This document shows, piece after piece, positions 23,152 to 29,498 of a stretch of DNA of 32,000 nt (position 1 is its first letter; each line of letters starts with the position of its first letter). Source of the stretch: Breznakia blatticola (GTDB taxonomy: Bacteria; Bacillota_I; Bacilli_A; Erysipelotrichales; Erysipelotrichaceae); NCBI RefSeq assembly GCF_004365815.1, contig NZ_SODD01000023.1, positions 1 through 32,000 of the forward strand. The letters run 5' to 3'. Position numbers and translations under genes: made by a program. The notes beneath the pieces were generated by a model. That model was not told the origin of the DNA and did not search any database. It worked only from the letters and a program-made list of their open reading frames with translations.

Positions 23152-26100
23152 CTATTCACTTCGTAGTGCTTCAACTGGATCTTTTCTAGCTGCTGCGGAA
23201 GCAGGAATTAGTCCAGAAATAAAAGCTAAGAACATACTAATACCAATTAGTACTAGTGCTGCAGTTGGATGTAATTGTGCAATATTGGCAATACCAATTT
23301 CATCGTAGACGATAACATTGGCAATCGCGCTAATAATATATGTCACAACAATACCAATAGCACCAGCAGTAAATCCGATAATTAATGTCTCAGAATTAAA
23401 GACACGACGTATATCTCGCTTACTTGCACCAATTGCTCGTAAGATTCCAATTTCCTTTTTCCGTTCAAGTACAGATATATATGTAATAACTCCAATCATA
23501 ATACTTGAAACGATTAACGATATTGCCACAAATGCAATTAATGCATAGCTTACAGTGTCCACAATATCTGTTACTGATGACATCAAAGTTCCTACTAAAT
23601 CTGTATATTTCACAACCTTTGTTTCTTGGTTTGATTGTTTCATATCATCATTATACGTATCTAGAAACGAAATGATGTTTTCTTTTGTCGTAAAGTCTTT
23701 TGGATAAATACTAATTTGGTTTGGTGCATTTTTATCTGCATAACCAAATGCACGTAGATTGTTTTCAAATGATGATTCTTTTGGATTCATCATCGCTTGA
23801 ATTAAATCCACCATATCATCTTCAGTTACATTAATCTTAAATGCATTTTGTAGTGCATTGGTATCAATCGATAAAGCACTTTGTAGTTGATACGGTAATT
23901 GTGCAATCGTTGCATCAACTTGTCCTTGAATTTGACTTTGTACTGACTGCATTAATTGTGTCATATAACTTTGCATAGATGTTGTTATATAGTTTTGGAT
24001 AACTGCAGTTAGTTGTTCATTAACTCCAGAATCACCTATGACACTTTGTAGTTCACTTGCAATTTTTTGTTGGACTGCAGGACGCGTAAAGTATTCATTT
24101 AGATTTTGCATAAACACTGCAGGATCTGTTACTCCTGCTTGAATCTGTTCATTAATAAAATCTTGTATCACGCCTGTCATAATTGCAGTCAACTGATCCG
24201 TTGGAATTTGTACTTGTCCAGCAAGTTGTTCTGTAAGTGCACTTACATCCATTTCTGGTGGCTGTACTTGTGAGATATCAACATTGAATAGACTAGACGT
24301 ATCAATTGTAATCTTGCTTGTATCTATATTGAATGCCGAACGAATCGCATTTTCATCAACAGTAAATAATGAAGCTAAATCAAATTGATTTTGTCTATTT
24401 TCTTCAGTTTCAGCAACAAATGACTTTCCACTTAATACATTCGTTGTTGGTTTAGCAAGTTGCTCTTGTACTAATTTCTCATCCTTTGCCTCTTCCATTA
24501 AGTAGCTGATTAGTTCAGGTGAGTAATTAATTCCAGTTGATAATGATGTTACATTTGCATCAGGATCTGCTTGCACAATCCCAACAATTTTTAAATTCAC
24601 TCCATCTGCAACAACATTTTTCATATGTGCTTGATCATCTGACTTATCTAACCATACGTTATGCTCTTGATCAAATACATATTTTTGTGTTGGATTGATT
24701 ACTTTTAAATTTGTTGCAAGAATTTCATCATAACTTACATCTTTTGCACCTTTATTTAAATCCAATTTTTTCGTTGGATCATTCACAAACGCATCAAGCA
24801 TTTCTTTTAATTGATTGCGATCATTAATTCCTAAAGTATAAAGCATATAATCGGATACTCTTCCACTTGGTGAAAGTACCATCACTGCTTCGTCGTATGC
24901 TTTAGGCCATCTTCCTGCTTTAATGTCGTATTGGTTTTCAAACATACTACTATCACCAGGAAGTTCATAGAAATTGTTCATCATCGAAACACCACTTCCC
25001 ATGACTGCATTCATACCTGATGTTGAAGAAAATCCATAGTTTGACATCAAGGCATCAGGGTTTACTTGAGATATCGTTTTTGAAGTATCACCAAGATAAA
25101 TCTGTGGTGTAACATCATATGTATATTGAATGTTTTTTACATACGGGTCAATTTCTTTCCCATTGTTTTCAATATATGCTTTTAATGATTTCAAATCATT
25201 TTTATTTTGCGCGCTAAACATTGTTTCAAGAACCGTATTGACGCCAATTTCACCTTTATTTTTGCCGGAATCATTATCACCATTTTGATTTGGTGCATTG
25301 CTTATAAAACTCGTAATATCAATTCCTGATGATTGAATCGTCAGTGGATAGATACTCATCGTATCTTCTTCAATATCACCAATGTATGCATTGATACCAC
25401 TTGCTAATGCAAGAATTGCGGCAATCCCAATGATTCCTATTGAACCTGCAAGTGAAGTAATAAACGTTCTTCCTTTTTTGGATAACAAGTTACTAAACGA
25501 TAGCGATAATGCTGTAAATAAAGACATATTTACACGATTTGGTTTTTTTGCAGTTTTTACTTCCGCTTCCTCTTTTGGCGTAACCGGATTAGTATCACTT
25601 TCAATCACCCCATCACGTAAACTAATGATACGATTTGCATAATCTTGAGCAAGTTCTGGATTATGTGTAACCATAATAACTAATCGATCTTTAGCGATTT
25701 TTGTTAGTAAGTCCATAACTTGCACACTTGTTTTTGTATCTAGAGCACCTGTTGGTTCATCTGCTAAGAGTATTTCAGGATTGTTGATAAGTGAACGTGC
25801 AATTGCAACACGTTGCATTTGTCCCCCACTTAATTGACTTGGTAGTTTTTTTACATGGTCTTCCAATCCTACCTCTTTTAAAGCTGCAAGTGCGCGTTTG
25901 TGTCGCTCTTTTTTTGAAACACCACTTATCGTTAATGCAAGTTCAACATTTGCTAGTACACTTTGGTGTGGTATTAAATTGTAGCTTTGAAAAACAAATC
26001 CAATTCGATTGTTTCGATATGTATCCCAGTCGGAAGCTTTGTATTTTTTGGTAGATATCCCATCGATCTCTAAGTCCCCTGATTCGTATTGGTCAAGCCC

Positions 26101-26256
26101 ACCTATAATATTTAACATCGTCGTTTTTCCAGAACCACTTGGTCCTAAAATTGCGACGAATTCATTATCACGAAATGTTACACTGACATCATCCAAGGCA
26201 ACTTGAACAAAATCCTGTGTTTTATATGATTTTCGAATTTTTTTGAGTTTTAACAT
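23152..26256 (-). CDS. Fused MacB/FtsX-type ABC transporter: N-terminal ATPase, single FtsX permease module and a very large extracytoplasmic domain
   Basis: 1034 aa. The ATPase has Walker A GPSGSGKTT, signature LSGGQMQR and Walker B LLADEPTGALD. TM1 lies at about aa 262-290 and a C-terminal FtsX-type 3-TM bundle runs from about aa 903. Roughly 610 aa lie between them, including a Q-rich segment. Confidence 0.85.
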   Translation of the reverse strand: MLKLKKIRKSYKTQDFVQVALDDVSVTFRDNEFVAILGPSGSGKTTMLNIIGGLDQYESGDLEIDGISTKKYKASDWDTYRNNRIGFVFQSYNLIPHQSVLANVELALTISGVSKKERHKRALAALKEVGLEDHVKKLPSQLSGGQMQRVAIARSLINNPEILLADEPTGALDTKTSVQVMDLLTKIAKDRLVIMVTHNPELAQDYANRIISLRDGVIESDTNPVTPKEEAEVKTAKKPNRVNMSLFTALSLSFSNLLSKKGRTFITSLAGSIGIIGIAAILALASGINAYIGDIEEDTMSIYPLTIQSSGIDITSFISNAPNQNGDNDSGKNKGEIGVNTVLETMFSAQNKNDLKSLKAYIENNGKEIDPYVKNIQYTYDVTPQIYLGDTSKTISQVNPDALMSNYGFSSTSGMNAVMGSGVSMMNNFYELPGDSSMFENQYDIKAGRWPKAYDEAVMVLSPSGRVSDYMLYTLGINDRNQLKEMLDAFVNDPTKKLDLNKGAKDVSYDEILATNLKVINPTQKYVFDQEHNVWLDKSDDQAHMKNVVADGVNLKIVGIVQADPDANVTSLSTGINYSPELISYLMEEAKDEKLVQEQLAKPTTNVLSGKSFVAETEENRQNQFDLASLFTVDENAIRSAFNIDTSKITIDTSSLFNVDISQVQPPEMDVSALTEQLAGQVQIPTDQLTAIMTGVIQDFINEQIQAGVTDPAVFMQNLNEYFTRPAVQQKIASELQSVIGDSGVNEQLTAVIQNYITTSMQSYMTQLMQSVQSQIQGQVDATIAQLPYQLQSALSIDTNALQNAFKINVTEDDMVDLIQAMMNPKESSFENNLRAFGYADKNAPNQISIYPKDFTTKENIISFLDTYNDDMKQSNQETKVVKYTDLVGTLMSSVTDIVDTVSYALIAFVAISLIVSSIMIGVITYISVLERKKEIGILRAIGASKRDIRRVFNSETLIIGFTAGAIGIVVTYIISAIANVIVYDEIGIANIAQLHPTAALVLIGISMFLAFISGLIPASAAARKDPVEALRSE

Positions 26257-26290
26257 ATAGTTCCTTTCATAAACACTCTCCCGTGGGCAT

Positions 26291-26299
26291 ATTATATCA
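26291..26299 (-). promoter_or_regulatory. Extended -10 promoter element (TGaTATAAT) of the ABC gene
   Basis: Read on the minus strand, between the terminator at 26357-26393 and the SD AAAGGAAC. Confidence 0.45.
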
Positions 26300-26356
26300 A
26301 ACTTTCTATGTAGATACTATGTAATCTATAACTAACTTCATCACACAATTATTACG

Positions 26357-26393
26357 AAAAAGACACCATCACTGAGGATGTGATGATGTCTTT
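26357..26393 (-). terminator. Rho-independent terminator after the surface-protein gene
   Basis: Minus strand reads AAAGACATCATCAC-atcctca-GTGATGGTGTCTTT followed by a T-run. Confidence 0.75.
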
Positions 26394-26412
26394 GTGTGAA
26401 GTGTAGGTATAA

Positions 26413-29223
26413 TTATTGCTTTGCTGTTTTTCTTTTTTTAAGAATCACGATTGCTCCTAATGAAATCATTAGGCATGCTAACCATGCTGCAGCGTTTGTA
26501 ACATCACCTGATTGCACATTATTTGTTGGTGATGTTTTTGTTGTATTCGAACTTGAATTGTTTGTGTTTTTATCAACATCGATTGATGGGTTTTGTTTAA
26601 CTTCCCAAACTGCAAATAGTTCCAATCCGCTTTCTTGATCCCAAGCACTGAATACTTGCTCATCAGAATAAACAACTTTTCCATCTTTTGCAGTTGCCCA
26701 TCCTTTAAATGTATATCCTGTTTTTTCAAATGCATTCTTAGTTAATGTTGCTTTTTTATCAAATGTCACAACATCTTGATCCATATTACCTGTAGTTGCT
26801 CCATTTCCATCGTATGAAATGTTGTATGTATTTGCTTTCCATACTGCATGTAGTTGTAAATGATTCGTTAAATCATATGCATCAAATGCATGTTCATCTG
26901 TATAAGTAACATCTCCATCTTCTGAAGTTGCCCAACCAACAAATGTATAACCTTTACACTCATGCGTATTTTTAGTTAATGTAATTGGTTGATTATATGT
27001 CGCAACATCTTTGCTCATAGAACCGTTAGTTGCCCCATTACCGTGATACGTGATGTCGTAATCGCATACTTCCCAAATCGCATATAATTCTAAACCTGCT
27101 TCTTCAGTCCATGCATCAAGAAGTTCTTCATCTGTATATTCAACTTCTCCATCAGGTTCTAAAGACCACCCAATAAATGTATGACCTGTTTTTTCAAATG
27201 CATTTGCTGCAAGTTGCTTTTCTTGATCATATGTAAGAACTCCCGGTTCCATCGTTCCACTTGTTGCACCATTTCCATCATATGTAATTGTGTATGTGTC
27301 TGCACTCCATACTGCAAATAGCATTAAATTAACTTGACGATCCCACTTTGTGAATGTGTATTCATCAGCGTATACAACATCTCCGTCTTCTGAAGTCGAC
27401 CATCCTTTAAATGTATATCCTGTGCGTGTAAATGCATTTGGTGATAATGTAACACTTTGATCGTACACTGCTGGATCGGTTAACATCGTTCCACTTGTTG
27501 CACCATTACCATTGTATGTAACTGTGTATGTATTCGCTCTCCAAACAGGGTATAAGTCTAGGTTATCCGCAATATTATATGGTGCAAATATGTATGTATC
27601 GTTGTATACAACTGCTCCATTTTCTTGTGTTGCCCATCCTTCAAATTCGTATCCATCTCTTTGATATGCATTTTCTGACAACGTGAATACACTATCAAAC
27701 GTCACTGTATCAGTATCCATCTTTCCTGTTGTAGCATTTGTATCATGGTATGTAATTGTGTATTCATTTGCTTCCCATACTGCAAATAAATCAAGACCTT
27801 TTTCTTGATTCCATGTATTGAAGACTTGACCATCTGTATATTCAACATTTCCGTCTGTAGTAGTTGACCAACCTTTGAATGTATAACCAACTTTTTCATA
27901 CGCATTTGTAGCTAATGTAACTTTTTGACCAAAGTTCGCTACTCCATTTGTCATGTTTCCAGATGTTGCACCATTTCCACTATATGTGATTGCATAGTCA
28001 TCAATTTTCCAAACCGGGTATAAATCTAAATCAGCAGTCAAATCAAACATATTGAATTGATGTCCATCTGTATATGTCACATCTTGACTTCTTGGTTTAG
28101 TTGCCCATCCTTTGAAACTATATCCTGTTTTCTTATACTGGTTAGTTGCTAAACTGAATGATTTTCCAAATATAGCTTTATCTGTACTCATTGTACCTGA
28201 TGTAGAACCAGCATTATGATAATTCACATCAAATTGCTTTGTTACAATCTTTGCGTTGTTATCAGAAATAATAGATTCCTTAACCATATATCTAGCATCG
28301 CTTCCATCCATGTTTCCACCAACATTTCCACCTACGTTTCCGCCAACATTTCCACCAACGCTTCCATCAATGTTTCCATCAAAGTTAAATAACGCGGTTA
28401 CATGCACTTTTGCATTTAGCGTCTTCAAAAATGCAGAATCTTTCACCTTACCACTGTATGTTACAGTTAGTGTTTCACCTCGTGGGACAGCTTCAAAATC
28501 ATAGTAATATCCTTGTTCATTTGCTTTAAAGTTATACATATTCACTTTATGTCCATCAATTTTTAAAATAATTGAATTTGAATCCAAATCAAAATTTTCA
28601 TCTGTAGGGATGTAAACTTGCGTTTTGTTTGAATCCCAGTTTCCGACATTCTTAGCGACTAAATTATATGTAACTTGATCACCAACTAAAGTATATTCAC
28701 TTCTATCAGAAGTCAAATCGCCATCAAAAACAGGTGTAGTGACAGTTGGCCCCACTATGGTTAAATCACTAATGTTAGAATCACTTGGTTGAACTGCATG
28801 GACTGTAAACTGTTTTCCAATCACTGCATCTTCTCCAACATACATTTCAATTTCAATATAGTTTACATTTCTTGGAGCTACATATTTTGGTTGATAATAA
28901 ATCGTGTGAAATTTCTCATCGTACTCCCATTTATCATCTCCTGTAGTATCAATTGTTGCTTTGCGAATAAACTGTGCTTCCCTTGGTAAAACTATTTTCA
29001 CTGTATCTAAATATTGAGGTGTCATCCAATTTCCATTTGATGCTTCATAACGGATGGTGAAATATCCACCAGGTCTTACCAAATCATGATTAATACTTAA
29101 CTTTGTATACAGGTTGTTATGACCTGCACCAGTTTCAGCAGCATGTCCATTTACTTGAATCGCTCCAAAACTAATCACAAACGTTAACATGATTGCAAAA
29201 ACTTTTTTCATAATTTTATTCAT
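26413..29223 (-). CDS. Large cell-surface repeat protein (Listeria-Bacteroides/Flg_new-type repeats) with a C-terminal wall-sorting-like signal
   Basis: 936 aa. It has an N-terminal signal peptide (MKKVFAIMLTFVISFGAIQVNGHA), an N-terminal region of about 290 aa, a G-G-N-V tract and 7 repeats of about 70 aa (..Y.GNGATSG.M......TL..NAF.K.GYTFKGW....DG.V.YTD...F......L.L.AVW). The C-terminus reads NVQSG, then a hydrophobic stretch, then KKRKTAKQ. Confidence 0.85.
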   Translation of the reverse strand: MNKIMKKVFAIMLTFVISFGAIQVNGHAAETGAGHNNLYTKLSINHDLVRPGGYFTIRYEASNGNWMTPQYLDTVKIVLPREAQFIRKATIDTTGDDKWEYDEKFHTIYYQPKYVAPRNVNYIEIEMYVGEDAVIGKQFTVHAVQPSDSNISDLTIVGPTVTTPVFDGDLTSDRSEYTLVGDQVTYNLVAKNVGNWDSNKTQVYIPTDENFDLDSNSIILKIDGHKVNMYNFKANEQGYYYDFEAVPRGETLTVTYSGKVKDSAFLKTLNAKVHVTALFNFDGNIDGSVGGNVGGNVGGNVGGNMDGSDARYMVKESIISDNNAKIVTKQFDVNYHNAGSTSGTMSTDKAIFGKSFSLATNQYKKTGYSFKGWATKPRSQDVTYTDGHQFNMFDLTADLDLYPVWKIDDYAITYSGNGATSGNMTNGVANFGQKVTLATNAYEKVGYTFKGWSTTTDGNVEYTDGQVFNTWNQEKGLDLFAVWEANEYTITYHDTNATTGKMDTDTVTFDSVFTLSENAYQRDGYEFEGWATQENGAVVYNDTYIFAPYNIADNLDLYPVWRANTYTVTYNGNGATSGTMLTDPAVYDQSVTLSPNAFTRTGYTFKGWSTSEDGDVVYADEYTFTKWDRQVNLMLFAVWSADTYTITYDGNGATSGTMEPGVLTYDQEKQLAANAFEKTGHTFIGWSLEPDGEVEYTDEELLDAWTEEAGLELYAIWEVCDYDITYHGNGATNGSMSKDVATYNQPITLTKNTHECKGYTFVGWATSEDGDVTYTDEHAFDAYDLTNHLQLHAVWKANTYNISYDGNGATTGNMDQDVVTFDKKATLTKNAFEKTGYTFKGWATAKDGKVVYSDEQVFSAWDQESGLELFAVWEVKQNPSIDVDKNTNNSSSNTTKTSPTNNVQSGDVTNAAAWLACLMISLGAIVILKKRKTAKQ
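26608..28236 (-). repeat. Seven in-frame tandem domain repeats of about 210 bp inside the surface-protein gene
   Basis: The repeats are obvious in translation, with each unit ending ...L(D/E/Q/M)L(Y/F/H)(P/A)(V/I)W. The DNA copies have diverged. Confidence 0.85.
28301..28380 (-). repeat. Imperfect 12-nt tandem repeat encoding DGNIDGSVGGNVGGNVGGNVGGNMDGS
   Basis: Read directly from the sequence. The units differ mostly at wobble positions. Confidence 0.85.
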
Positions 29224-29341
29224 ACTATCTCTCCTTCTTTTTTACAACACACATAGAATGCATCTCTAAAATTACATCAACTTTCTATACTCCTACCCTC
29301 CTTTATTTGGCTAAATTACAATCGTAATTTGAGCTACTTAA

Positions 29342-29399
29342 ATTATAGCTTTCATTAATGTTAGATAAGGAAATCGTCTAGGTTTATATCTAAGGAAAT
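29342..29399 (-). promoter_or_regulatory. Putative activator-dependent promoter of the surface-protein gene, with two direct ATTTCCTTA repeats
   Basis: Minus strand: -10 TATAAT (29347-29342) with a poor -35 (CCTTAT). ATTTCCTTA occurs at 29374-29366 (overlapping the -35) and at 29399-29391, 25 bp apart. The inverted repeat TTAGATA/TATCTAA spans the same region. Confidence 0.35.
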
Positions 29400-29442
29400 T
29401 TTGTATGAAATATGAATGAGTATAGGTTTTTTTGTATTCTTT

Positions 29443-29488
29443 AAAAAAAAAAAGAAGCAAAACCCTATACCAGGATAGGTTTGCTTCT
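29443..29488 (-). terminator. Rho-independent terminator after the LuxR/MalT-type regulator gene
   Basis: Minus strand reads AGAAGCAAACCTAT-cctggt-ATAGGGTTTTGCTTCT followed by T11. Confidence 0.8.
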
Positions 29489-29498
29489 CATACAGTAT

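Noticed and set aside
26608-28236. Roughly 210-bp periodic similarity that could suggest a CRISPR-like or mobile repeat array.
   Set aside because: The periodicity is in-frame protein-domain repetition (seven Flg_new-type repeats) inside one continuous ORF. There are no spacer-like unique segments or short identical DNA repeats.
255-28504. Many 60-127-aa ORFs on the strand opposite the large genes. Examples are 255-521, 809-1063, 2522-2770, 6015-6347, 7336-7710, 10991-11374, 15074-15439, 16213-16500, 18414-18755, 19197-19487, 25791-26054 and 28256-28504. Same-strand out-of-frame ORFs such as 239-424, 11057-11266, 15519-15713, 17288-17482, 26478-26735, 27702-27905 and 31142-31330 belong in the same group.
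   Set aside because: Each lies entirely inside a longer ORF with clear family motifs. They lack Shine-Dalgarno sequences and have low-complexity or odd composition. They are shadow ORFs, which are typical in AT-rich DNA.
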